A stretch of 20,000 nucleotides of DNA from Bdellovibrionales bacterium RIFOXYD12_FULL_39_22 (GTDB taxonomy: Bacteria; Bdellovibrionota; Bacteriovoracia; Bacteriovoracales; Bacteriovoracaceae), in assembly GCA_001770205.1 (NCBI GenBank), contig MEQL01000051.1, positions 60,984 to 80,983 on the forward strand. Reading direction: 5' to 3'. The notes under the pieces were generated by a model, which had not been told where the DNA came from, ran no database searches, and was given only the letters and a program-made list of their open reading frames with translations. A program made the position numbers and the translations under genes. Shown piece by piece: positions 8,640-17,506 of this stretch. Position 1 is the first letter of the stretch. Each line of letters starts with the position of its first letter.

Positions 8640-10580
8640 TTATACCCCTTTTACTCTTTTCTTCTCGCGCATAGAAAAATAGATTCCCACAATTAAAATA
8701 ATTATCGGCACTAGTAGTGTATTAATATTTTGCAAAAAGGCCCCCAGATTTTCCACCTTTTCACGGCCAATCCGCTTAACCTCTCGCAGCTCCCCCTTAA
8801 GAAGGGCAATTTGAGCTGCCAACTCTTTTTTCTTTTTAATACCTTCATTTTGAATAAGGGCAACACTCTCTCCGCTTCGTCCTAGCTGATTTAGCTCTTG
8901 AGTAAAACGTTCTATTTGTCCGTTAATTTCTGAAACCTTTGATTCAGTATCTTTTTGAGCATCCAATTCAATCTGATCAACTACATCAAAATTTCTCGAA
9001 AATTTTCCTCTGGAACGAATCGACATTAGATCATTAGATCCGGCCAAATTATCCAATGAGTTCAAAAATAATTTTGCATTATCGTTAACCATGGAAAGGC
9101 CAAAGATGGTGGAGCGAAAAGCATTTTGATCGTGAATAAAATCAACATCAGCAATGACAATCACCGCCCCCTCTTTTTTTGATTCGCTTATCGCTTCTAA
9201 TTTTCTGCTTGCTGCTTTCTTTACCTTATTTTTTGTTTTATCATCTTCTGCTTTTTCCTCATCAACCACTGTTATGCCAGAAGGAAAAGCACTCTTAAAC
9301 TTCCCTACCACTTTATATCCCACGATAACTGGTTTAGCTCCGTCCGTGAACTTGTTCATAAGTGCCACTGGGTTATTTAATTCGTACCCCATTGCTTTAT
9401 AGGTGTTACCCTTCTCTGAAGTTCCAATTATAGGAGTAAATGTATGGCCCGTATCCTCTCCCATCGTACTAAGTGCTCCTGGATAAATAAAGGCCATATT
9501 ATTAATTCCACTAGAAACAACATCTTTACTCACCTGGGTGCAAGTCTGATTACACTCTAAAAGAGGCAACAAGCGAACAGGAGGTGAGAATTGATCCATC
9601 CGTCTAACTCCAGACAAATAACGATCTCCAGTAAAATCACTCTTATCGTATTTTATTCCCCAGGTTGCCAACAGAGGAGCTAAATCTGAGCTATAATCAG
9701 GTTGCATCTGCATTCCCATTTGCGGCGGATTTATCGCCTGTTCCACAATGGCCAAAGGGTCTACCAATACCAGAAGCTTGCCTCCTTCTAATAAGTATTG
9801 ATCAATCGCAAATAAGGTCTTTTCTGAAAAATTCTTAGGATGAATAACCACTAAAAGATCTATTGCAGAAATTTTCTCCGTCTCTGGTAAAACTTCTTTT
9901 ACACTATAAAATTCTTGCATCATCTTGGTTATAATCCAAGATTCTTCTGCATTCTTACCTTGCATTCTCATCATTTGAGCAATATAGGGAGAAACATCTT
10001 CGCTTAAAACTTTTAGAGAAGAAATTATTCCTACATTTATTTTCTTTGGATCCGTGGCCTGATAAATAAGCTTAGTTATATCATATTCAACATTGGCCTG
10101 CATGTTGGGATCAAAAAACTCAATGACTTTTTCTGTTCCATTTTCACTGCGCACTACTAGTCCAAAAAAATATTTTTCAGTTTCTGAAAGAGGAAAACGT
10201 TTCAGGCCGGCAGCAATTGCCTCCTCCTCCTCTTTAGTATCTGGCCGAGGATCTATTACTTCCAGCTTTAGATTGTTTCGTGAATTGGCCACATATTCAT
10301 CTAACAAATCCTTGATATAGTAATAATAGTTATTAAATGCACGAATGCCCTCCGTTCCCTTATTGGCCGCTGTTTTTGAATAGTAAAATTTTAATGTCAT
10401 TGGAGTACTAAGCTTGTGTAAAATGGCCTTGGTGCCATCGGATAAAGAGTATAGTCGCTCCTGAGTAATATCCACCTTAACTTTTTTCCCAATGGTGGTG
10501 CCAATATATGTGGCAAAAACCACAATTAAAATTGCTAAAAAAATATTTAAATATGCTTCCTGTTTACGCTCTATCTTCAT
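8640..10580 (-). CDS. gldG: GldG-family ABC transporter auxiliary protein (ABC_transp_aux)
   Basis: DIT.ERLYSLSDGTK.IL, IDP, FFGLVV, EYDIT..I, IDQYLL.GGKLLVLVDP and VIAD.DF motifs. Has N- and C-terminal TM segments and a C-terminal coiled-coil. Confidence 0.85.
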   Translation of the reverse strand: MKIERKQEAYLNIFLAILIVVFATYIGTTIGKKVKVDITQERLYSLSDGTKAILHKLSTPMTLKFYYSKTAANKGTEGIRAFNNYYYYIKDLLDEYVANSRNNLKLEVIDPRPDTKEEEEAIAAGLKRFPLSETEKYFFGLVVRSENGTEKVIEFFDPNMQANVEYDITKLIYQATDPKKINVGIISSLKVLSEDVSPYIAQMMRMQGKNAEESWIITKMMQEFYSVKEVLPETEKISAIDLLVVIHPKNFSEKTLFAIDQYLLEGGKLLVLVDPLAIVEQAINPPQMGMQMQPDYSSDLAPLLATWGIKYDKSDFTGDRYLSGVRRMDQFSPPVRLLPLLECNQTCTQVSKDVVSSGINNMAFIYPGALSTMGEDTGHTFTPIIGTSEKGNTYKAMGYELNNPVALMNKFTDGAKPVIVGYKVVGKFKSAFPSGITVVDEEKAEDDKTKNKVKKAASRKLEAISESKKEGAVIVIADVDFIHDQNAFRSTIFGLSMVNDNAKLFLNSLDNLAGSNDLMSIRSRGKFSRNFDVVDQIELDAQKDTESKVSEINGQIERFTQELNQLGRSGESVALIQNEGIKKKKELAAQIALLKGELREVKRIGREKVENLGAFLQNINTLLVPIIILIVGIYFSMREKKRVKGV

Positions 10581-10599
10581 ATAAAAATTCTCCGTAAAA

Positions 10600-11346
10600 C
10601 TAATTGGATTTTTTTTCTGTTATCAATAAAATAGTTCCATAAAGCCATCCACCTATCATTAAGGCAAAAAAGAAAAGATCTCCAATAACAATTACCCCTC
10701 TGCCCATCGACTCAAAGTGGTTCATAATGCTAAGTGATTCGAATATTTCCACTAAAAATTTAGGCAAAAAGGTAGAAATAAAACCCAAGATAGGAGGTGA
10801 TCCGGCCATAAGCAGTACATAACAAAAAACTACTCCCAATATAAAACTCACCACCTGATTTTTAGAAATGGCCGAAAAGAAAATTCCAATGGCCAAAAAC
10901 GCTCCTGCCAATAATGCCGCTCCCAGATAGCCTAGAATCACAACTCCCAAATCAGGACTTCCCAAATAAATTACCGTCAAAACTAGCGGAAAAGTTCCGG
11001 CCAAGGCCACTGCCACAAAAAGCCAAGCCGCCAGAAACTTACCAAACACGACCTGAGCTTCCGTCACTGGCATGGTTAACAACAGCTCTATAGTGCCACT
11101 CTTGCGTTCTTCGGCCAAAAGCCGCATAGACACTGCAGGAACTAAAAATAAAAAAAGATAAGGAACATATCTAAAAAAACTACTCAAATCCGCCTGACGC
11201 ATTAGAAAAAAACTTCCACTGCCTGGCTCAAAGGTAACATATCCAATCGCAAATAAAAAAATAATTAAAAAAACATAACCAAGTGGAGAGGCGAAATAAG
11301 ATTTAAACTCTCTGCGCACAATACTTTTTGTCACTTCTGCTATCAT
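10600..11346 (-). CDS. gldF: ABC-2 type permease, GldF-like
   Basis: RREF.SYF.SP.GY, PA.SMRL.AEERKSGTIELLLT.P, GKF and NQVV.F motifs with multiple hydrophobic TM segments. Confidence 0.85.
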   Translation of the reverse strand: MIAEVTKSIVRREFKSYFASPLGYVFLIIFLFAIGYVTFEPGSGSFFLMRQADLSSFFRYVPYLFLFLVPAVSMRLLAEERKSGTIELLLTMPVTEAQVVFGKFLAAWLFVAVALAGTFPLVLTVIYLGSPDLGVVILGYLGAALLAGAFLAIGIFFSAISKNQVVSFILGVVFCYVLLMAGSPPILGFISTFLPKFLVEIFESLSIMNHFESMGRGVIVIGDLFFFALMIGGWLYGTILLITEKKSN

Positions 11347-12080
11347 AAATTAACCCCCTGTACGGACTCTCCAGTGGTAATGGCCCGAAATACATCATCC
11401 AATTTATGTTGCTTTGATTTTGATTTCAAATCGGCCGGCGTTCCATCGTAGAGTAACTTGCCCTTGGCAATTATGATGGCCCTTGTACAGACTTCCTCCA
11501 CTTCTTCTAGAATATGGGTGGAAAGCACAATACATTTATTCCCTGATAACTGGCGAATCAATGTTCGCACCTCATGTTTTTGATTGGGATCTAAACCATC
11601 CGTTGGCTCATCCAAAATCAAAACCTCTGGATCATGAATCAGTGCTTGCGCCATCGAAACCCGACGGCGAAACCCCTTTGAAAGCGTTTCGATTTTCTGA
11701 TAACGTACAGATGTTAGTGCACAGAGATCAATCACCCGATTAACGCCGGCCTCGATTTTGTCGGCGGCCATTTGGCGCAACTCTCCAGCGTAACGCAAAA
11801 AATCCTCCACATACATATCATCATAAAGCGGAGCATTTTCTGACATATAACCAATTAATCCTTTTGTCACTGTCGGAACTTCCTGCACTTTCTTACCACA
11901 CACCAGTGCCTCTCCATCACTCGGCAAAATAAATCCGGTGATCATTTTCATAGTAGTGGACTTTCCTGCTCCGTTTGGCCCTAAAAATCCTAAGATCTCT
12001 CCTTTGCCTGCCGCAAAGGAAATATCATCTACGGCCATAATGGATTCGAATCTCTTAGAAAGGTGATTTACTTCTATCAT
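11343..12080 (-). CDS. gldA: ABC transporter ATP-binding protein, GldA-like
   Basis: Walker A GPNGAGKST, signature LSKGFRRRV, Walker B ILDEPT and STHIL. ATGA overlap with the permease gene. Confidence 0.88.
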   Translation of the reverse strand: MIEVNHLSKRFESIMAVDDISFAAGKGEILGFLGPNGAGKSTTMKMITGFILPSDGEALVCGKKVQEVPTVTKGLIGYMSENAPLYDDMYVEDFLRYAGELRQMAADKIEAGVNRVIDLCALTSVRYQKIETLSKGFRRRVSMAQALIHDPEVLILDEPTDGLDPNQKHEVRTLIRQLSGNKCIVLSTHILEEVEEVCTRAIIIAKGKLLYDGTPADLKSKSKQHKLDDVFRAITTGESVQGVNL

Positions 12081-12199
12081 TTATCTTCTCCATCTTTATG
12101 TTTGATAAAATAAAAACCCAAAGCAATGCAATTATTGTTACGAAATATCTTATTAACTTTTAGGCATTTGGCAATATTTTTTAATAGGGTGATTATTTT

Positions 12200-12238
12200 T
12201 TGACAAAGTTTTTACAAAATCTTTACAAACTTTTTACA
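12200..12238. promoter_or_regulatory. Four TT(G/T)ACA direct repeats at 11-bp period; PhoB/OmpR-family-type binding site upstream of the Gld-like operon
   Basis: TTGACA at 12200 and TTTACA at 12211, 12222 and 12233, spaced exactly 11 bp apart. Confidence 0.6.
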
Positions 12239-12278
12239 GAGAGCGAAAAAATAAATGTACGCGAGTTAGCGAAAAACG

Positions 12279-13781
12279 TCAATCACTACTTCCTCTATGC
12301 CCCATATTTAACATTTCAACACTCATAAGTTGTGCTTGGCGAAAATAGTCTATTGATTCGGCCAAAATACGAGCTGCTTCCTGTGGAGCATGAAATCCCA
12401 TGGAATTTTCGGCGGCCACAAAATCCAAACGCCATTGGGCCTTACGATGAAGCTCCGCTATTTTGTTTAGATTAACTTGATCCTGAGATGACTCTACCTT
12501 ATCCGCACTAAATGATTTCTTAAGTTGTTTATAGCTATCCAAAAATTCCGTCAGCGCATTACCTGCGCGCAGAAGTAGATCAAAGTTCCTTTTTTGTATG
12601 GCCGCCACTCTATCTTGTAGTTCCTTTTCATTCCAAGCATGACATTGCTGACAAGATTGATTGGCCATGAGCAGGGGTGAACGAACATAGTGATCTGAAA
12701 CTTTTATTGCGCCTTCTTTTGTATATGGCATATGGCAATCTGCACACGCAACTCCTGATTGTGCATGGATTCCTTGTCGCCACAACTCAAACTCCGGATG
12801 CTGGGCCTTTAGTAACTCTGCGCTTGTTTCACCATGTTGCCAATCAAAAAAACGATGCCCATCAGTAAATTTATACTGCTCATAATAACTTTCTATCTCC
12901 TCCACTTTTACCCCATTACCCCAGGGGAAAAAGAGCGTAACTTTTGGCCCACAATAGTACTCAACATGACACTGAGCACAGACGTAGGTTCGCATCTCCG
13001 CCCTACTTGCATCTCTATTCACATCAAAATTTGCAACCCCCTCAGAGGCCTTAAGCGCTCTAATTCCGGCAACAAATCCTGGCCGGTTAACTTGTAGCCG
13101 CATAGTTTTTGCATTATGACAATCTGTACAAGAGACTGGATGAGCTCCCTCTTGAACTAAAAACTCTCCAACCGCGGCTCCCACTTGCGGATTCAATGAT
13201 CCCGTTTTTTCCAATTCTTTATGTGCCTCATGATATGGCAGTTTAACAATTTTCTCAAATCCACTCCAAATTATATTTTCAAAATATTGATCGGCCGCGA
13301 CCTCTCCACCTCCCATTCGTACCAACGTAGGGATTATAGAAGCGTGACAATGCAAGCAAGCACCTGACTGTGGACGCTCAGTTACTCTGCGTGTTTTTTC
13401 TTGATCAGATAACATATAGGCATGCCCTCGCCTATCTTTGAAATCAAGAGAAAATGCATAACCTGAAAACATACGAGTCAAAAAAGGAAACATCTGAGAC
13501 TTTTGAGCTGGATCAGCATCTCCTCCTCCAAAATTAGTTCTAGAAGCATTGGCAGTTTTTTTATATTGCTCAAAGTGTATTGGCCAATTATTCCCCCAAT
13601 ATGCAGAGTCAGTAGTTGCCTGCTTAACTTCAACTAAGCGCAAATACGGATTTTTCGCTTCCGTCTTATGACGAAAAATAGATACCAATAACATGGTTAA
13701 CAAAAAAACCACCACGCTCACGGCAATAGCAATGCCAATTAATCCCTTTCGACTGTTTACAAAACTATTTTCTAGGTTCAC
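12279..13781 (-). CDS. nrfA: Pentaheme cytochrome c nitrite reductase (ammonia-forming), CXXCH-type heme 1
   Basis: Five heme motifs (CLHCH, CTDCH, CAQCH, CADCH, CQQCH) plus RGH, CHVEYY, KAQHPEFE and ENSMGFHAP. GTG start after GGAG. Confidence 0.95.
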   Translation of the reverse strand: MNLENSFVNSRKGLIGIAIAVSVVVFLLTMLLVSIFRHKTEAKNPYLRLVEVKQATTDSAYWGNNWPIHFEQYKKTANASRTNFGGGDADPAQKSQMFPFLTRMFSGYAFSLDFKDRRGHAYMLSDQEKTRRVTERPQSGACLHCHASIIPTLVRMGGGEVAADQYFENIIWSGFEKIVKLPYHEAHKELEKTGSLNPQVGAAVGEFLVQEGAHPVSCTDCHNAKTMRLQVNRPGFVAGIRALKASEGVANFDVNRDASRAEMRTYVCAQCHVEYYCGPKVTLFFPWGNGVKVEEIESYYEQYKFTDGHRFFDWQHGETSAELLKAQHPEFELWRQGIHAQSGVACADCHMPYTKEGAIKVSDHYVRSPLLMANQSCQQCHAWNEKELQDRVAAIQKRNFDLLLRAGNALTEFLDSYKQLKKSFSADKVESSQDQVNLNKIAELHRKAQWRLDFVAAENSMGFHAPQEAARILAESIDYFRQAQLMSVEMLNMGHRGSSD

Positions 13782-13793
13782 ACATACTCCTGG

Positions 13794-14261
13794 TTATTGT
13801 ATCGGCATATGTCCAATATTTTTATGACAATGAATGCATAAATTCATTGAATGCCCTTCTTTATACAAATTTAAAAGCGTATCTTCCATTAAAGCTTGAT
13901 GGCAGCGAATGCAATTTCTTTGCAAAATATTTTTATTATACTCTTTTATCTGAATGGGCCGATGATAATTTTCTAAAGTAAATGCAACAGAATGATTCCA
14001 CCCGTTGAGTGCTTTGGCCAAGAGCTTATTAAAACTTGTACTTGGCATATGACAGTCATTACAAGTCGCAACATGATGATGCCCCGAAGCAATCCAAGAA
14101 TCATATTGATGATTCATAGCATGGCAGTTAGCACATACTGCTGGATCACTAGAGGCATAGGAAAATCCTTCTCCATAATAAAAAACAAACATCCCTAGTC
14201 CTAAAACAATTCCAAAACAAAACGCCAACACATAGTTAATTTTAAAATAACTTTTACGCAC
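13794..14261 (-). CDS. nrfH: Tetraheme NapC/NirT-family quinol oxidase subunit of nitrite reductase
   Basis: N-terminal TM segment and CANCHAM, CNDCH, CIRCH, CIHCH motifs. Immediately upstream of nrfA. GTG start after AAGGA. Confidence 0.93.
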   Translation of the reverse strand: MRKSYFKINYVLAFCFGIVLGLGMFVFYYGEGFSYASSDPAVCANCHAMNHQYDSWIASGHHHVATCNDCHMPSTSFNKLLAKALNGWNHSVAFTLENYHRPIQIKEYNKNILQRNCIRCHQALMEDTLLNLYKEGHSMNLCIHCHKNIGHMPIQ

Positions 14262-14305
14262 AAAACCTAATTCCTTTTATTGAACTGCCATCTGAGGTAA
14301 AAATT

Positions 14306-14601
14306 TTATGGCCAACTTACTAATCGTTCAATCTCTAAAAGCTCTTCCAGCGACAGATCTGAGAAATTATAATTAACAATATCCTCTACCGTATTTCGAG
14401 AAACTCCCATATCCTGCAACCATTCTAAAAAAGATCAAAATCAACATTAAATCTGAGATTATTTATCGTGCTGCAAACTTGAAATTTAACTTTTTCTGCT
14501 TCTAATTTTGCAAGCGGCCGCTCTTCATCCGGGAGGGAAATATCATCATCTGTAAAGAAATCATCTTGCAAGGGGGATAGATTTCCCAAAAGTTCCTTCA
14601 T
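14306..14601 (-). pseudogene. XRE/HTH_37-like small regulator interrupted by a 1-nt frameshift in a T6 tract
   Basis: ATG at 14601 after GAGAGGAAGGG. A 58-aa frame ends at CTT TTT TAG (stop 14425-14427). The -1 frame continues LEWLQDMGVSRNTVEDIVNYNFSDLSLEELLEIERLVSWP to TAA at 14306-14308. One extra T gives a 98-aa ORF. Confidence 0.6.
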
Positions 14602-14645
14602 TTAAATTCCCTTCCTCTCATCTGCAAATAATACAAAGTTAACTT

Positions 14646-15521
14646 TTATTTGCTATCAGCAAACCAGCAGGCCGGACGTAGACCTATCTGATCTCCTCGC
14701 CGTTTATGGCAGGCCCCATCAACACTATTTCGATCACTCAACTCCTCAGTAATGGGCCTATTACAAAGTGCTCCCTGCCAATAAGTATCTAATCGACACT
14801 GGGCATCTGTATGTTTGTCTTCGTTTTCCTCCACAACTTCCCTGCTTGGAGTATCAAAAGAAATCTCCATTCCACCATCAATTTCTAAAGCAAAAAGATC
14901 GGCCAATGATTTTCCGGCCATCGCTGCGCGCACACAAATTGCCTTCTCATCATCGTGTTTATAAGTCAGCGCACAACGCTCGGTTACTCCATGATCTATC
15001 TCCATCGCAGAGATGATGCCAATATTATCATCATTTCTAACTATATTTCTAAAACATTTCAAGGAAGCAAAGTAGTCTGATGCTCCCTCCGAAGAAGGCC
15101 ACTTAAAAATAATACCTCGCGTTTTGGGTGCTCCTCCTAGATGGTGGCCGAGTTCATGACAGACTGCCAAAAGCACTCCATCTCTTGTCACCAAAGGATG
15201 ACGGGCCAGGCCGCCATAGATGGTTACGCTATATAAGGGGCCTACTCGTTGAGCATAGGCATTAACCTCATCAAAGGCCCAACCATTTTGAATGTGTAAA
15301 ACTCCTAATTTTTTTTTCACCACTGGTGCATAAACTTCACTGGCCCGCTTTAGAATTTCTGCAAATTCTTCGCGGGTAATATCATTGGCCAAAAAAGAGT
15401 AGGGGGGAATTTTGAGACTATTTTCGGGCAACAGTTGTCCAAATTTTTGCGGGACAACCATTCCAATATAAATAGAAAAAAAGAAGAATATTGCAATAAA
15501 GATAGGCAAGCGAACCTCCAT
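14646..15521 (-). CDS. Secreted Cys-rich zinc-metalloprotease-like protein (HExxH)
   Basis: Hydrophobic N-terminus, VNAYA, YGGLAR, VCHELGHH, EG.SDYFA, several Cys and a C-terminal RP.CWF. Confidence 0.7.
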   Translation of the reverse strand: MEVRLPIFIAIFFFFSIYIGMVVPQKFGQLLPENSLKIPPYSFLANDITREEFAEILKRASEVYAPVVKKKLGVLHIQNGWAFDEVNAYAQRVGPLYSVTIYGGLARHPLVTRDGVLLAVCHELGHHLGGAPKTRGIIFKWPSSEGASDYFASLKCFRNIVRNDDNIGIISAMEIDHGVTERCALTYKHDDEKAICVRAAMAGKSLADLFALEIDGGMEISFDTPSREVVEENEDKHTDAQCRLDTYWQGALCNRPITEELSDRNSVDGACHKRRGDQIGLRPACWFADSK

Positions 15522-15717
15522 GATTAATAATTTTCTGAATCAAAAGCAGTCATTAGTCTACTCCTAAAAAATCTCGATAATCAAGCATTGAAAAAATATC
15601 CGACCCTTTTGCTCAGGCAGAGAGCAAAGACTCGCTACACTCGGATTTAAGATTATGCCAGGCCAAATACGAATTTCCCATAGATACAAGAAATAAATTC
15701 GCTACGCAATATACTAT

Positions 15718-15760
15718 TTGACCATACTCCATTTTTAGCAGACAATAATGGAGTATGATC
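15718..15760 (+). promoter_or_regulatory. Sigma70-like promoter overlapped by an inverted repeat (operator) covering the start of the AAA gene
   Basis: TTGACC (15718-15723), 17-nt spacer, GACAAT (15741-15746). Perfect 11-bp inverted repeat CATACTCCATT (15723-15733) / AATGGAGTATG (15747-15757). Confidence 0.62.
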
Positions 15761-16963
15761 CGACAATTTACAACGATTCCCAGACTACTCACCCCTCTGA
15801 AAACCCGAAGTTTTTTTTTATTCGGCGTTAGAGGATCTGGCAAATCAACCTTTATTAATTCACAGTTTCACCCAAAAAATTCAATTTCCATTAATTTACT
15901 CCGACCAGAAATAGAAAATCGATATGCCCTAAATCCAGAAAGCCTTGAACAAGAAATTGATATACTCAAGCGCAAACCAGATTGGGTGTTTATTGATGAA
16001 ATTCAAAAAGTTCCAAAGTTGTTAGATGTGGTACATGATTTAATCGAAAGAAAAAACATCCGTTTTATTCTTACTGGATCTTCAGCGCGTAAATTAAAGC
16101 AAGGTGCCGCCAATCTCTTGGCCGGACGGGCCAATGTTTATTGGATCCACCCTCTTTCTTATCTTGAACTATCTCCTCCATCGAAAACAACTTCCCTCTT
16201 TTCGCTATTAGAATATTTGCGATGGGGTGGACTCCCTTCCATACAATCAATGTCTAGTGAAAGAGAAAAAATAGCATTCTTAAATTCCTACGTATTAACT
16301 TATTTAAGCGAAGAAATTAAAGCAGAACAAATACTAAGAAAGCTAGATCCATTCCGTTCATTTTTACAAATATTAGGCCAAGTCTCTGGGAAAATAATCA
16401 ACCATCAGAAAATCGCGAATGAAGTTGGAGTGGATAGCAAAACTGTACAAAACTATTTTCAAATTTTGGAAGATACGCTTCTTGGATTTTATCTCCCAGT
16501 GTTTCATCAATCAGTAAGAAAGAGTCAAAGATTATCACCCAAATTCTATGTTATAGACACAGGGATAAAAAAGGCACTGGAAGGTAGTCTGGATCAAAAA
16601 CCAGCACCTCGCACTTCTGAATATGGAGAACTTTTTGAACATTTTGTAATATCTGAGATAAAAAAGCTCAACGATTATTTTGAAAAAAATTTTCGCTTTT
16701 CATTTTTTTCTACAAAAAATCAAGTCGAGATTGATCTAATCCTAACAAAAGCAAATTCTAATATCCTGATAGAAATTAAATCCACCGAAAAAATTGATCG
16801 CCAAGAAATAAAATCTCTCGCTAAAATTGCTACCGATTTTCCAGGGGTGCGCGGTGTTTATTATTTATCGAGAGATCCAATTTCTTACAAAATTGACGGT
16901 GTTCAGTGTCTTCCTTGGGATCTTTTTCTTAAAAAATTCAAACAGATTTCGCGAGAGAGGTGA
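15755..16963 (+). CDS. AAA_14 ATPase with DUF4143 / C-terminal PD-(D/E)XK-like domain
   Basis: GVRGSGKST, IDEIQK, LTGSSARKL, LAGRA, GGLP, a wHTH-like segment (KIANEVGVDSKTVQNYF), PKFY..DTG, GELFE and EIDLI...IEIKS. Confidence 0.9.
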   Translation: MIRQFTTIPRLLTPLKTRSFFLFGVRGSGKSTFINSQFHPKNSISINLLRPEIENRYALNPESLEQEIDILKRKPDWVFIDEIQKVPKLLDVVHDLIERKNIRFILTGSSARKLKQGAANLLAGRANVYWIHPLSYLELSPPSKTTSLFSLLEYLRWGGLPSIQSMSSEREKIAFLNSYVLTYLSEEIKAEQILRKLDPFRSFLQILGQVSGKIINHQKIANEVGVDSKTVQNYFQILEDTLLGFYLPVFHQSVRKSQRLSPKFYVIDTGIKKALEGSLDQKPAPRTSEYGELFEHFVISEIKKLNDYFEKNFRFSFFSTKNQVEIDLILTKANSNILIEIKSTEKIDRQEIKSLAKIATDFPGVRGVYYLSRDPISYKIDGVQCLPWDLFLKKFKQISRER

Positions 16964-16993
16964 TTGGACAAACTACTTACAATCCCAGTAATT

Positions 16994-17470
16994 TTATGTG
17001 AGGACCGGATGGACAGAACCTTTGCGGCGAAATTCTAAAAAGCCTTCAACAAATAATCGTTGAAACTTATTCATATTTTCAGGCAAGTTATTCAGTGGAA
17101 AAAATTCTATTTTAAGGGATTCATTGGATTTTGCAATTTTTCCTTCAAATGTATTCGTATAGAACCCCATTGCGACAGATAATGTTTCATCTCCATTTGG
17201 ATATTTTGCTTCAAACTCGGGTCCAGAAAAAATGCCGAAGAGTTGTAGATTTTTTATCGATAATCCAGTCTCTTCGAACACTTCTCGTTGAGCACTTTCT
17301 GCTGCTGTTTCTCCAATATCCATTAAACCTCCAGGAAGTCCCCAGGTATTAGAGTCGTCTCTCAAATGCATTAATAGATTATCACCTTTATCTAAAATAA
17401 CGACAGCAGTACTCGGTATTAAAACTTTATCATGACCAACTTTCATTCTGATTTTTTTGATATATTCCAT
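16994..17470 (-). CDS. Nudix hydrolase
   Basis: Nudix box GGLMDIGETAAESAQREVFEETG plus YPNGD motif. The ATG at 17470 is preferred to the TTG at 17476. Confidence 0.92.
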   Translation of the reverse strand: MEYIKKIRMKVGHDKVLIPSTAVVILDKGDNLLMHLRDDSNTWGLPGGLMDIGETAAESAQREVFEETGLSIKNLQLFGIFSGPEFEAKYPNGDETLSVAMGFYTNTFEGKIAKSNESLKIEFFPLNNLPENMNKFQRLFVEGFLEFRRKGSVHPVLT

Positions 17471-17506
17471 AACCAACAGTTTTGCTACTAATTAAAGATT
17501 GGTCAA

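Noticed and set aside
7550..12080. Gld-like operon as evidence for Bacteroidetes-type gliding or T9SS
   Set aside because: GldA/F/G-DUF4340 operons are widespread outside Bacteroidetes, and no gldKLMN/spr genes are in the window.
14262..14345. FNR/CRP-type box upstream of nrfH
   Set aside because: TTGAAC and GTTCAA half-sites occur but are about 40 bp apart. No TTGAT-N4-ATCAA match.
870..15016. Short ORFs overlapping long genes (e.g. 870-1061, 1461-1703, 1874-2098, 4662-4926, 7968-8546, 9154-9402, 11483-11743, 12677-13097, 13992-14198, 14768-15016)
   Set aside because: Antisense or alternate-frame shadows of well-supported genes, with no recognisable motifs.
15608..15628. 7-bp hairpin TTTGCTC / GAGCAAA
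   Set aside because: It is short, sits in a divergent intergenic region and has no second copy, so it cannot be distinguished from chance.
15613..15843. 76-aa minus-strand ORF
   Set aside because: It overlaps the promoter and 5' end of the AAA gene, and I see no recognisable protein features.
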